Positions 1-10,830 of a stretch of DNA of 64,000 nucleotides are shown here, piece after piece (the stretch's first letter is position 1; every line of letters begins with the position of its first letter). A program made the translations under genes and the position numbers. The notes under the pieces are model-generated. The model searched no databases and had not been told where the DNA came from. It saw only the letters and a program-made list of their open reading frames with translations. Origin of the DNA: an uncultured Gemmatimonadales bacterium (GTDB lineage Bacteria; Gemmatimonadota; Gemmatimonadetes; Gemmatimonadales; GWC2-71-9); the NCBI GenBank assembly GCA_963730185.1, contig CAVSQW010000008.1, positions 96,001 to 160,000 on the forward strand, in the 5' to 3' direction.

Positions 1-532
1 TCCATCGGCCCTCGGGGCTCCAGGTGGCCGCCATGCTGCTCCGGGTACTGTCGGTCAGTTGACGGTAGCTGTTTCCATCGCTACTGACGACGAAGAGAAG
101 CTCAACAATCGACGCCCGCACGAATCGTCCTTGGAAGACGATCTGCCGACCGTCCGGCGAGAATCGGGGATTGTAGAATGTCCCGGAGTCCGATCCATGC
201 ACCCGTCGCACGCCGGAACCATCGGCGTGCATGACATAGATATCCGAGTGCCCATCGCGATCGGACGAGAACGCGATCTCTTTCCCATCCGAGGACCAAG
301 AAGCGGTCTCGTTGTTGGCGGTGTCGACGGTCAGGCGCTGGAGTCCGGTACCGTCGAGGCGGACAGTGTAGAGCGAGTACTTCCCGTCGCGGGTCGACTC
401 GAAGAGCAATCGCTTGCCATCGGGAGACCAGGAGGAATTGTAGTATCGTGCCGGCTTGGGGGCGTTCTGGGCGACGACGGCGCTGGCCAGGGCCAGCCAG
501 CAGCTGAGCGGGACGATCGTTCTCGACCACAT
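1..532 (-). CDS. TolB/PD40-repeat beta-propeller protein, exported; truncated by window edge
   Basis: Read by hand as the antisense of ORF 59..748: MWSRTIVPLSCWLALASAVVAQ signal, then SWSPDGKRLLFES, SWSSDGKEIAFSSDRDGHSDIYVM and PRFSPDGRQIVF repeats. Frame stays open upstream to ATG 790, so the start is uncertain. Confidence 0.85.
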   Translation of the reverse strand, partial: MWSRTIVPLSCWLALASAVVAQNAPKPARYYNSSWSPDGKRLLFESTRDGKYSLYTVRLDGTGLQRLTVDTANNETASWSSDGKEIAFSSDRDGHSDIYVMHADGSGVRRVHGSDSGTFYNPRFSPDGRQIVFQGRFVRASIVELLFVVSSDGNSYRQLTDSTRSSMAATWSPEGRW

Positions 533-927
533 CCCCCGGCTCAACCACTCGATCGCGGCTCGCTGCAGGTCCCACACCGGTTCCGCGACGCGGACCTTGG
601 GGCCCGAGGCTTTGATCTCCGCTGCCGCCCGCTTCGCCAGCAGCGGTCTCGGACGCGAGAGCTCCGGCAGGGAGGATTCGTCCCTCGTTTCGTACCACTC
701 CTGGGGCCGGTAGAGGTCTGCTCTCTTCGACGTCTTGGCCAACTCTAACGGCCCAACCTCCGTCTGGGTCACCTTCTCCCGCGTCGGCATGTTCCTGCCC
801 CCCTAGCTGCGAAGTTCAGAAGCCAGTAACCTCTGCATCGGCATCGCCCGCGTGGGCCAAGACGCCCGCGTCCAGGCGGGCGACGATGAGAGGTGCTGAG
901 ACTAGAAACCGCCAAGATGGCTTGCGG

Positions 928-1600
928 TCAATCCGGCATTCTCTCACGCAAGCGCCGCAACATCTCGCGGGCGCTCGAACTCGCTGGGTCTACCTGCAAA
1001 GCCCTCTCGTACGCGGCGATCGCGTCGGCGCGGTCACCGGCGACGACGTACGCTTCGCCCAACGATTCGAACACGCCATTCACGGCCGGGAACAGCTCCG
1101 CGTTGAACCGAAGGATGGCCACCGCGTCGGTCCGTCGGTCGCGCGACAATAGGACGTGACCGAGCGCATCCAGTTGCCCAGGGCCAAAGTTGAAAGCCGT
1201 CGGCTGTGTCGCCCGGAGGGCGCGGTAGACCCCCAAGGCTGTCGCGACGCCGTGCTGGTCCAGTGTTCGGGCGACCGTGTCGGCGACGGAAGGAGGCGTA
1301 CGTCCGGCAAAGGTCCGATTCTGGTAGCCGGGTCGCTCGGCGTATAGGTCGAGCTCGATGTCGACGGTGTCGGCCAAGAGCGTGAGCGCCGGGTTGTAAC
1401 TCGGATTGAATTTGTTGGTGCCAGCAATGCCGAAATCCTGTCGACTCAACTTCAAGGACCCCTGAAATGCCGTCCGTACCGTGCCGCTGGCGGGACTCGC
1501 ATTCGGCGCGAGGATGACATCGAACGGAATCTCGACTTGCCGAGTGACTCCGTGCATCGAGAGCTGGCCAACCGCCACGAAGAGGACGCCGCGGTATCTC
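928..1600 (-). pseudogene. YceI-like C-terminal half fused to TPR; N-terminal half of YceI not recognisable
   Basis: GQLSMHGVTRQVEIPF...SLKLSRQDFGI...DTVDIELDL resembles the YceI C-half, followed by TPR (ESLGEAYVVAGDRADAIAAYERALQVDP). I found no YceI-like sequence upstream of about 1600. Confidence 0.6.
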
Positions 1601-2180
1601 GACCGGCGAGGGCAAGGTATGGATCTTGCCGCCCGGTCCGATTCGACTGCCAGCCGGGCGAGATTGGATGGCCACGGTCCCTGTCGCGCTGCGGGACCGA
1701 GAATCCCAGCGAACCGATCGCCGGCCATGTCCCATCGCGCTTGAGCTCAGGCGAGCTCGCGACCCGCCGATTCTGCGACCCTCGTGGCGCCAGGACGGCG
1801 TCGAACCGGCTGTTGCGCTTGTCGGTGCGCCCGATTAGGGAGCCGTCGGGAGCCACGTTGGGCACCGCGCCGTAAGCGGGCGACTGTCGAGCGAAGAGCG
1901 CTTGGGCGCCCGGCACCACGACCCAGCTCAATCTGAACGGCAGCCGCAGGTGGCGGTGCATGTGACGTCCGACCCGAAGAGGGCGGTGAAGGGACTGGCA
2001 GCAGCACCCTGAAGCTCGCGCGAGCCGGCCGACGACGCGAGGCGCGCGCAGCCGACAGGCGAGGCGACGCAGCCAATGGCCGGATCGGCATGGTGAGCGC
2101 CCGTCTCCGGACGCCCATCCGCCGGCTGGGGAGGAATCGCGCGCCACACCCGCCACCAACGCTCACCCCCCGGGTCGAAG

Positions 2181-2234
2181 CTCAATACCCTTGGGGGCAA
2201 CCCCGTCCGGGTTCGAGCCCCGGCCCGAGCACCT
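2181..2234 (+). other. 3' half of a tRNA-Leu-like gene (att-site-like remnant)
   Basis: CTCAATA, long variable arm GGGG-GCAA-CCCC, T-arm CCGGG-TTCGAGC-CCCGG, acceptor 3' strand CCCGAGC-A. No matching 5' half or D-arm. Confidence 0.7.
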
Positions 2235-2239
2235 CCAAT

Positions 2240-2389
2240 TCTGCCGCGGTGCTCCCGGTGGCCATGTCTTCAGGCGGGCTTTCGATCGGCGTGGAGGTCG
2301 TCGCGAAGCCATGGCGCGAAGACGTCGTCGTTGGGATCGCAAGCGAGGTCGAGCGCCGCTTCGGAGATTGGCACCAGCCGCCCGGCTGA
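2240..2389 (+). pseudogene. amidase-signature family C-terminal fragment
   Basis: AAVLPVAMSSGGLSIGVEVVAKPWREDVVVGIASEVERRFG matches the typical amidase C-terminus. No N-terminal part is present. Confidence 0.6.
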
Positions 2390-2547
2390 CCGGCCCCGCC
2401 GCGCCGGACTCCCGGCCGGAATGATCGGCCGCCTCAACGTCCAAACGGCCGAGCTCTTGTTCACCTTGACACGAGTGCCCTCGCCGCGGCCGGAGACAGC
2501 GGGCAACGAACACGGCCCAGACGGGCCCGCAAAGCCCTCGGAACAAG

Positions 2548-2590
2548 TGGGGTTCAGGGGTCGCGGGTTCGAATCCCGGCGTCCCGACTA
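2548..2590 (+). other. 3' half of a tRNA-Pro(GGG)-like gene (att-site-like remnant)
   Basis: TGGGGT-TCAGG-GGTC-GCGGG-TTCGAAT-CCCGG-CGTCCCG-ACTA runs from anticodon loop to acceptor end. The 5' half is absent. Confidence 0.7.
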
Positions 2591-2663
2591 GCGTAAGATG
2601 AACAAAGAAACGAACATAGGGAGCGAGGCCCGTTCAACCGTAATGAGGATAGGTCGACGCACC

Positions 2664-4514
2664 ATGTCCGACCCGCTCCGCGATCCTGCCTGCCTCTTTG
2701 CGCCACCGGCCGTAGCGGTCGAGCGCCGCCCCGACGGCTGCGTGGTGCTCCGGTCGCCCCAAGCGCTCGCGCCCTATCCGCGGGCCATCGGCGAGTACCT
2801 GGTACAGTGGGCGGCGCGCGCCCCCGACCGGCCCTTCCTGCAGGAGCGCGGCCCCGACGGCCGGTGGCGGGGGCCGACCTACGCCGAGGCACTTCGGGCC
2901 GTGCAGCGGATCGCGACCGGCCTGATTCGGCTCGGGCTTTCGGCCGAGCGTCCGGTCATGATCCTGTCCGACAACGGCGTCGACCATGGGCTGCTCACGC
3001 TGGCGGCGCTCCACGTGGGGGTGCCCGCCGTCCCGGTGTCGCCGGCCTACTCGCTGCTCTCCCGGGATTTCCAGAAGCTCCGGCGGATCGTCGAGCTCAC
3101 CGATCCGGGGCTGGTGTACGTGGCGGATCGGACCCGTTTCGCCGCCGCGGTGGGCGCCATTCGAGACCTGTACCGGGGCGCGGTGCTCTCGAGCGGCGCC
3201 GCCGGAGATGGGGGGACGACGCTGGATGAGCTGGCCTCGGACCTCGACGAGCCGGCCGTGGCCGAGCGATTCCGGTCGGTCACGGCCGATACGGTGGCGA
3301 AGCTGCTGTTCACCTCCGGATCCACCGGCGAGCCCAAGGGGGTGGTCAACACCCAGCGGATGCTGGGTGTCGGCCAGCAGGCCCGCACCCAGATCTGGCC
3401 GTTTCTGGCCGAGGAACCGCCCGTGATCGTCGATTGGCTCCCCTGGTCTCATACCTTCGGCGCCAACCACAACTTCAACCTGGTGCTGCGGCACGGCGGC
3501 ACCCTGTATATCGACGGCGGCCGCCCGGTCCCCGGGCTGTTCGAGACGACTCTGGCGAACCTTCGCGATGTCGCCCCCACCATCTACTTCAACGTGCCGC
3601 GGGGGTACGACCTGCTGGTGACGGCGCTTCGGAAAGACCCGCAGCTCCGCCGAAGCTTCTTCCGCCGGCTGCGAGTGATCTTCTACGGCGCCGCCGCACT
3701 GCCGCAGCATCTCTGGGATGCGCTGCTGGAGCTGGCCGAGGCAACCGTCGGCTCGCCGGTTCCGGTGGTGGCCGGCTGGGGCTCCACCGAGACCGCGCCC
3801 CTCGCCGCCGACTGCCACTTCCAGGCCCGCCGGGCCGGCGTGATCGGCCTCCCCGTCCCCGGGACCGAGCTCAAGCTGGTGCCGGCCGGGCCCAAGCTGG
3901 AGGTTCGGGTCCGGGGGCCCAACGTGACGCCCGGATACTGGAAGCGGCCCGATCTCACCGCGGCGAGCTTCGATGAGGAGGGCTTCTATCGGATCGGGGA
4001 CGCGGTCCGGTTCGTGGATCCGGAGCAGCCGGCCGAGGGGCTCCTCTTCGACGGCCGGGTGGCGGAGGATTTCAAGCTGGACAGCGGCACCTGGGTGAGC
4101 GTCGGGATGCTGCGGGTGAACGCGATCGCCGCGCTCGCGCCCGTGGCCCAGGACGTGGTGGTGACGGGTCAGGACCGGCCCGAGATCGGCTTCCTGATCT
4201 TCCCCAACCTGGCGGCGTGCCGGTCGGTCGCGGCGGACCTCGCCCCGGACGCGCCCACCGAGGAGCTCCTGGCGGATCCGGCGGTCCGCGCCGCCGTGGC
4301 ACGGGGTCTGGCGAAGCTCCGCGAGGCCGGAGGCGGGTCCTCGAGCTACGCCACCCGGGCACTGCTGCTCGCGGAGCCGCCGTCGATCGATCGGGGGGAG
4401 ATCACCGACAAGGGGTACCTCAACCAGCGAGCCGTCCTGACCAACCGGACCGCGCTCGTCGCGGCCGTCGACGAGGGCCGCGACGAGGCGGGGATCATCC
4501 GGATCGCAACTTGA
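2664..4514 (+). CDS. fcs: feruloyl-CoA synthetase-type acyl-CoA ligase
   Basis: AMP-binding motif [52 protein letters not shown] and [15 protein letters not shown] are characteristic of Fcs. Confidence 0.85.
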   Translation: MSDPLRDPACLFAPPAVAVERRPDGCVVLRSPQALAPYPRAIGEYLVQWAARAPDRPFLQERGPDGRWRGPTYAEALRAVQRIATGLIRLGLSAERPVMILSDNGVDHGLLTLAALHVGVPAVPVSPAYSLLSRDFQKLRRIVELTDPGLVYVADRTRFAAAVGAIRDLYRGAVLSSGAAGDGGTTLDELASDLDEPAVAERFRSVTADTVAKLLFTSGSTGEPKGVVNTQRMLGVGQQARTQIWPFLAEEPPVIVDWLPWSHTFGANHNFNLVLRHGGTLYIDGGRPVPGLFETTLANLRDVAPTIYFNVPRGYDLLVTALRKDPQLRRSFFRRLRVIFYGAAALPQHLWDALLELAEATVGSPVPVVAGWGSTETAPLAADCHFQARRAGVIGLPVPGTELKLVPAGPKLEVRVRGPNVTPGYWKRPDLTAASFDEEGFYRIGDAVRFVDPEQPAEGLLFDGRVAEDFKLDSGTWVSVGMLRVNAIAALAPVAQDVVVTGQDRPEIGFLIFPNLAACRSVAADLAPDAPTEELLADPAVRAAVARGLAKLREAGGGSSSYATRALLLAEPPSIDRGEITDKGYLNQRAVLTNRTALVAAVDEGRDEAGIIRIAT

Positions 4515-6081
4515 AGCGCTGGATCTTGCCCGTTGCGGTCTTCGGCAGCTCGGCGAGGACCTCGATCCAGCGGGGGTATTTCCAAGGCCCGGCCGTCTCT
4601 TTGACGTGGGCCCGGAGCTCCTCGAAGAGCGGCTCGGCCGGCTCGTAACCCGCGTTCAGGACCACGAAGGCCTTCGGCTTGATGAGGCCCTCCTCGTCCT
4701 CCTGACCCACGACCGCGGCTTCGAGCACCGCGGGATGGGAGACCAGCGCCGACTCCACTTCGAACGGCGCCACCCAGATTCCGCTCGACCTTGAACATGT
4801 CGTCGGTGCGCCCGCGTACCGGTAGTAGCCGTCGTCGTCCACCCAGTACTTGTCGCCGGTGCGGATCCACTCGCCCAGGAAGGTGCGCGGCTCCGCTCCC
4901 GCCGGTTCCAGTACCTTCCGCCGCGGTCGGTCCCTTGATCAACAGCTCGCCCATGGTCGCCGGGGGCCACGGGCGCGCCGGCTTCGTCCACGATCCGCAG
5001 CTCGTACCCCGGCACCGGCTTGCCGGTGGTTCCGTGGCGCACGTCGCCGGGGCGGTTGGTGATGAACATGTGGAGCATCTCGGTGGAGCCGATGCCGTCG
5101 AGGATGTCGATCGCCCACCGGTCCCGCCACGAGGCCGACGCCGCCGGCAGGGCCTCTCCGGCCGAGAGGCAGACCCGGAGCCGGGCCGAGCCGGCGCCCC
5201 GACCCAGTGCCGGCGCGGCCAGCAGGGCGGCGTAGAGCGTGGGCACTCCGCAGAACACGGTCGGCTGGTGGCGTGCCATCGTCGCCAGCACGGTCTCGGG
5301 CGTCGGCCGCTCGACCAGGAGCGCCGTCGTGGCGCCGACCGCCAGGGGGAAGGACATCCCGTTGCCAAGCCCGTAGGCGAAGAAGAGCTTGGCCGCGGAG
5401 AAGACGACGTCGTCCTCCCGGATGCCGACCACGCCGCGGCCGAAGAGCTCCGCCGTGGCGACGGGACTGGCGTGAACGTGGCGGGCGCCCTTCGGGATGG
5501 CCGGTCGAGCCCGAGGTGTAGAGCCAGAAGGCGACCTCGTCCGCGTGGGTGTCGGCCCCGGGTGGCTCGGCCGGCCCCGCCGCAACGACCCGGTCGAAGT
5601 CGAGCACCGTCCGGCCGTCTCCCGCGCCGCCCGCTGCGACGACGATGAGCCCGCGGGCCTCGTGCAAACGGGCCAGCATCGGACCGGCCCGCTCCAGGAG
5701 CTCGGCCGAGATCACCACGGCGGCCGCCCGGCTGTCCTCGATCATGTACTGCCACTGATCGGGCGAGAGGAGCGTGTTGATGGGGACGGCGACGACGCCC
5801 GCCTTGATCGCTCCCCAGAACGCCACCGGAAAATCCACGGTGTCGAGGAGCAGGAGCACGACCCGGTCTTCGCGGCGAAGCCCGAGCCCCCGGAGCGCGT
5901 TGGCGAACCGGTCGGTCCGCTCGGCCAGCGCGGCATAGCTGAGCTCGCGGCGGGGGTCGACGAACGCCGCCTTCCGGCCCCGCCCGGCGGGCAGGTGGCG
6001 GTCGACCAGATCCGCCCCCGCGTTGTAGCGACCGGTCGGGGGCGTCCAGGTGTCGGGCAGGTCGTTCGCGAGGTTCTCCAT
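4495..6081 (-). CDS. benzoate-CoA ligase family protein (several frameshifts)
   Basis: Pieces in different frames: [71 protein letters not shown]. Shifts near 5490, 4930 and 4790-4815. Confidence 0.85.
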
Positions 6082-6237
6082 ATGCGCCGCCGTCTGCTCT
6101 GGATCGAACGCGGGCCGGCCGGGCGTCGCCCGAAGCTATCTCACTCCCCGGGTGGGCGAAACCTGACCCAGCCGTCCTGGTTGCGGTCGGAGCGCCGGGC
6201 GACCCGGGTGGCGCGCCGGGATCGCCACAGGTATCTT

Positions 6238-6255
6238 TTTGAACAATGGTTCAAA
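6238..6255. promoter_or_regulatory. palindromic operator TTTGAAC-AATG-GTTCAAA overlapping the TetR start codon
   Basis: Perfect 7-bp inverted repeat in an AT-rich patch. -10-like TATCTT at 6232-6237 lies 8 nt before ATG 6246. Confidence 0.65.
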
Positions 6256-6892
6256 TTACTAGCAGCCGCCCGCGGCGGCCCCGGCGCTCCCACGGCGACC
6301 GGAAGACCGAAATCCTCCGGCAGGCTGCCGACGCCTTCCGCACGCACGGCTTCCACGGAGTCGGGATGCGGGAGATCGCGAAGACACTCGGCATGACGCC
6401 GGGAAGTCTCTATTACTACTTCGAGAGCAAGGACGATCTCCTCTACGTCTGTCAAAAGACGGCGCTGACGACCCTGCTCGCGGCGGCCCGGCGAGCCGTG
6501 CGATCGACGGCGTCGCCGGAGGCCAAGATCCGGGCGATCGTCGTGGCCCATCTCCACTGCCTTCTGGAAGAGACGGGTGGCAGCGCCGCGCACCTCGAGT
6601 TCCGGGCTCTTCCGGGCGCCCGCCGGGCCGAAATCGCCCGGCAGCGCGACGCCTACGAGCGGCTGATCGGCCGGATCATCGGGGACGGCATCGCGGTTGG
6701 GGCGTTTCGGCCGGCCGACCCCGACTCGCCACCCTGGCGATGCTCGGGACCCTCAATTCCACCGTCGTCTGGTGGCGACCGGACGGGCCGAGGCCGGTCG
6801 CCGAGGTCGCCGATGCGTTCGCGTCTTTCATTCTCGGAGGACTGGTCGGATGTCCCACGCAATCCACGCCACGCCGGAGCCAGGCGTGCTGA
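6246..6892 (+). CDS. TetR/AcrR family regulator (one frameshift near 6725)
   Basis: ILRQAADAFRTHGFHGVGMREIAKTLGMTPGSLYYYFESKDDLL helix-turn-helix; C-terminus LNSTVVWWRPDG continues in a shifted frame to TGA 6890-6892. Confidence 0.85.
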
Positions 6893-7401
6893 CCAAGGTC
6901 CACGCCGCCTTTCAGGTCAACGGCGAGAGGGCTGAGACGGCCTTTGCCCCGACCAGACGCTGCTCGAGGTTCTGCGCGAAGATCTGGGCCTCACCGGCAC
7001 CAAGCATGGCTGCGAGCTCGGCGAGTGCGGGGCCTGCGCCGTGCTTCTCGACGGCGAGCCGGTGCTCTCCTGTCTGGTGCTCGGCCTCGAGTGCGAGGGC
7101 CGCGATCGACGACGGTCGAGGGGCTCGCCGCAGCGACGGCCGCCTGCATCCGCTCCAGGACGGCCTTCGCGGACCTGGGCGCGGCGCAGTGCGGCTACTG
7201 CACGCCGGGCATCCTGGTGCACGGCGAAGGCGTTGCTCGACCGCGAGCCGGCCCCGCCGCGCAGAGATCCGGGAGGCGCTCGCCGGCAACCTGTGCCGCT
7301 GCACCGGCTACCTGCAGATCTTCGAAGCCGTCGAGGAGGCCGCCGGCGGGCCGGAGGCGAGCCGCGCCTGGCGGGCGCCAGCGACGAGGAGCCACCGATG
7401 A
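6850..7401 (+). CDS. hcrC: (2Fe-2S) subunit of a xanthine-dehydrogenase-family enzyme, HcrC-like (frameshifted)
   Basis: GTKHGCELGECGACAVLLDG, AQCGYCTPG and GNLCRCTGY motifs spread over shifted frames; ATGA overlap with the next gene. Confidence 0.75.
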   Translation: MSHAIHATPEPGVLTKVHAAFQVNGERAETAFAPTRRCSRFCAKIWASPAPSMAASSASAGPAPCFSTASRCSPVWCSASSARAAIDDGRGARRSDGRLHPLQDGLRGPGRGAVRLLHAGHPGARRRRCSTASRPRRAEIREALAGNLCRCTGYLQIFEAVEEAAGGPEASRAWRAPATRSHR

Positions 7402-9841
7402 CGGCCAGAAGACCTCCGGCGTCATCGGCCGCGCCCGGCGGCGGGTGGACGGGCTGGCCAAGGCGACCGGCCAGACGCGGTTCGCGGACGACCTCGTGCT
7501 GCCGCGCATGCTGCACTGAAGCTGCTGCGCTCGCCCGTGCCCCACGCGCGGATCCGCGCGATCGACACCTCCGGGCCGAGCGCGGATGCCCGGCGTGTCG
7601 CCCGTCCTCACGGGCGACGAGTTCCCGATCCCGTACGGCATGCTGCCGGTGAGGCAGGACGAGCACGCCGCTCTGCCTCGACAGGGTCCGCTTCGTCGGC
7701 GATCCGGTGGCGGCCGTCGTGGCGCTCGACGAGGAGACGGCGTCGACGGCCCTGGACTGATCGAGGTCGAGTACGAGCCGCTGCGGCGATCGCCTCGCCC
7801 GAGGAGAGCCTCGCGAACCCCGAGCCGCGGATCCACGACTACGCCGACGAAGGCAACATGCCACAAGAGGTGTCGCCTCGCAGTTCGGCGACGTCGACGC
7901 GGCGCTCGCCGCGCGCCGACGAGTCTTCGAGGACGTGTTCTTCTTCCAGGGCAACACCCACCTGCCCGATCGAGCAGCACGCCACGCTCGCGTGGCGGGA
8001 CCCCGACGGCAAGCTCACGATCTGGTCGAGCACCCAGACGCCGCACTACCTGCACCGGGCCGCTGGCCAAGGTGCTCGGCCTGCCGCCGTCCGCGGATCC
8101 GCGTCATGGCCACGCCGAACGGCGGCGGCTTCGGCGGCAAGAGCGACCCCTTCAACCACGAGATCGTCGTCGCCAAGCGGCGCTGGTCACCGATCGGCCG
8201 GTCAAGATCTGCCTGACGCGCGAGGAGGTCTTCTACTGCCATCGCGGCCGGCATCCGGTGCTGATGCGCTTCCAGACGGGGGTGACGCAAAGACGGCGCC
8301 ATCACCGGCATGCACTGCCGAGACGCTGCTCGACGGCGGCGCCTACGGGTCGTACGGCGTGGCGAGCACCTTCTATACCGGCGCGCTCCAGACGGTGACC
8401 TACCGCATCCCGCGCTACCGATTCCACGGCTGCCGCTGCTTCACCAACAAGCCGCCCTGCGGACCCAAGCGCGGCCACGGCACGCCGCAGCCGCGGTTCG
8501 GCCAGGAGGTGCAGCTCGACAAGATCGCGGACGCGGCTCGGGCTCGATCCGGCCGAGCTGCGGCTCGCGCATCATCGCGCCGCCCGACTCGCCTGACGGC
8601 CAACTTCCTGCGGGTCGGCACGATCGGCCTCGGCGAGTGCATCGCACAAGGTGGTCGAGGGCTCCGGCTGGAGGGAGCGTCACGGCAAGCTGCCGCCGCG
8701 GCCGGGGGCTGGGCCTGGCCTGCTCGTCGTACCTGTCGGGCGCCGGGCTGCCGATCTACTGGAACACCTGCCCCACTCGGGCGTCCAGCTCAAGCTCGAT
8801 CGCAGCGGCGGGGTCACGGCCTTCTGCGGCGCCACCGAGATCGGCCAGGGCTCCGACGACGTGCTCGCGGCCTGCGTGCGCCGAGGTGCTCGGCATCGAG
8901 CCGCTCGACATCCACGTGGTCACCGGGGACACCGACCTGACGCCGGTCGACCTCGGCTCGTACTCGAGCCGGGTCACGCTGATGATGGGCAACGCCGCCA
9001 TCCAGGCGGCGGAGCGGGCCCGCGATCTCATCGCGGGGGCCGTCGCCGAGAAGATGGGGGTCCCGGAAGAGCGCCTCGCCTTTGCCGCAGGGCGGGTCTT
9101 CGACGTCGAGCGCCCCGACGATCCGACAGCGGGCCTTCCGTTCGCCGAGGCCGCGGTGCTGGCCGAGGCCAAGTTCGGGACGATAGGCACGGTCGGCAGC
9201 TACACCCCTCCGCCGTCGCCGGGCCGGTTCAGCGGCGCCGGCGTCGGACCCTCGCCCGCCTACTCCTACAGCGCCGCCGTGGTGGAGGTCGCGGTCGTCG
9301 GAAGAGACCGGGATCGTCGACGCGCGGAAGATCTGGATCGGCCACGACCTCGGCCAGACGCATTCACCGAGCCCTCGCGATCGGCCAGATCGAGGGCGGG
9401 GTGTACATGGGCCTCAGCGAGGCGCTGATGGAGGAGCATGAGCCTACCGGCGCCAATCGGTTCGGCGTGCACAAGATGCCGTCGATGCTCGAATACAAGA
9501 GCCTGACGACCCTCGAAATGCCCGAGATCGAGACCTATCTGATCGAGGACCCCGATCGCAATGGGCCGTTCGGCGCGAAGGAGGCGGGGCAGGGTCCGCT
9601 GCTGCCGATCATGCCGGCCGTGGCCAACGCGGTCTACGATGCCATCGGCGTGCGGGTCGACGAGGTGCCGATCACCCCCGAGAAGGTGCTCCGCGCCCTC
9701 GCCGCCAAGGACCGCCGCTACGGGCCCGGCTCCTTCCCCGACATCGCCATGCCGCCGGCCACTCGAGTGCCCACGCCGTTCGAGGGAGGAACCGGCCGGG
9801 CGGTCGAGCATGAGACGGCGGCAGGAGGGGTTCGGTCATGA
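7398..9841 (+). CDS. hcrA: molybdopterin-binding subunit, HcrA-like (heavily frameshifted)
   Basis: Fragments RVDGLAKATG, SSTQTPHYLHR, GGGFGGK, CGPKRGHGTPQ, EIGQGSD, DLGSYSSRVT, GQIEGG, GPFGAKEAGQG. Confidence 0.75.
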
Positions 9842-10830
9842 TGCGGCTCCCGGCGTTTCGCTACCTCGCACCGACCTCGATGGTCGAAGCGATCGACGTC
9901 CTGGCGGGTGAGGGCCCGGCCGCCGCGGTGGTGGCCGGCGGCACCGATCTCTATCCCAACATGAAGCGGCGCCACCAGACACCGGGCACCGTGATCGGAC
10001 TGCGCCGGGTCGGCGAGGTCCACGGGGTGACGGCAACGCCCGACGGGGGAGTCCGAATCGGCCCTGCCACGACCCTCACGGCGCTCGAGCGGCACGGCAG
10101 CCTCGCCGCCTCGTATCCGGCTCTGGTCGCCGCGGTCCGCTCGATCTCGACGCCGCTGCTCCGCAACATGGGCACGATCGGCGGTAACGTGCTGCTCGAC
10201 ACCCGATGCAACTACTACAACCAGAGCTACGAGTGGCGCCGCGCGATCAACTTCTGCCTCAAGTGCGAGGGGGACACCTGCTGGGTGGCACCCGGGAGCG
10301 ACCGGTGCTGGGCCGTGAACTCCAGCGATACCGCGCCCGTCCTGATCGCCCTCGAAGCCCGGGTCCGACTGGCGAGCCGCCGAGGGATCCGGGAAGTCCC
10401 GATCGAGGCGCTCTACCGGAACGACGGGATATCATGGCTCGCCAAGGAGCCCGACGAGATCCTGACCGACATCGTGCTCCCGCCGCCGGACGGGACCCGC
10501 TCGTCCTATGCCAAGCTCAGGCGCCGCGGATCCTTCGACTTCCCCGTCCTCGGCGTGGCAACCAGCGTCCGGCTCGACGGCGACCAGGTCGGAGCGGTCA
10601 GGATCGTGTTGAACGGCGTGGGATCTCATCCGGTCCGCGCCGCGGAAGCCGAGGCGTTCCTGCTGGGCAAGCGGCTGGGGGACGAGGAGGTGATCCGAAC
10701 GGCCGCCGAGCTGGCCTCCCGGCCCGCCAAGCCTCTGGACAACACCGATCTCGAGCATTCGTACCGGAAAAAGATGGCTCGGGTCTACGTCCGGGACGGG
10801 CTCCGCGCCGTGGGAGGCGTCACCCCATGA
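9838..10830 (+). CDS. hcrB: FAD-binding subunit with 4Fe-4S insertion, HcrB-like
   Basis: AGGTDL and RNMGTIGGN, plus the insertion DTRCNYYNQSYEWR..FCLKCEGDTC..SDRC typical of 4-hydroxybenzoyl-CoA reductase beta subunit. Confidence 0.8.
   Translation: MMRLPAFRYLAPTSMVEAIDVLAGEGPAAAVVAGGTDLYPNMKRRHQTPGTVIGLRRVGEVHGVTATPDGGVRIGPATTLTALERHGSLAASYPALVAAVRSISTPLLRNMGTIGGNVLLDTRCNYYNQSYEWRRAINFCLKCEGDTCWVAPGSDRCWAVNSSDTAPVLIALEARVRLASRRGIREVPIEALYRNDGISWLAKEPDEILTDIVLPPPDGTRSSYAKLRRRGSFDFPVLGVATSVRLDGDQVGAVRIVLNGVGSHPVRAAEAEAFLLGKRLGDEEVIRTAAELASRPAKPLDNTDLEHSYRKKMARVYVRDGLRAVGGVTP

Noticed and set aside
2161..2590. Complete tRNA genes
   Set aside because: No D-arm or pairing 5' acceptor strand for either, so only 3' halves are reported.
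6238..6255. FNR box for anaerobic hcr expression
   Set aside because: Spacing and sequence differ from TTGAT-N4-ATCAA; it fits a TetR operator better.
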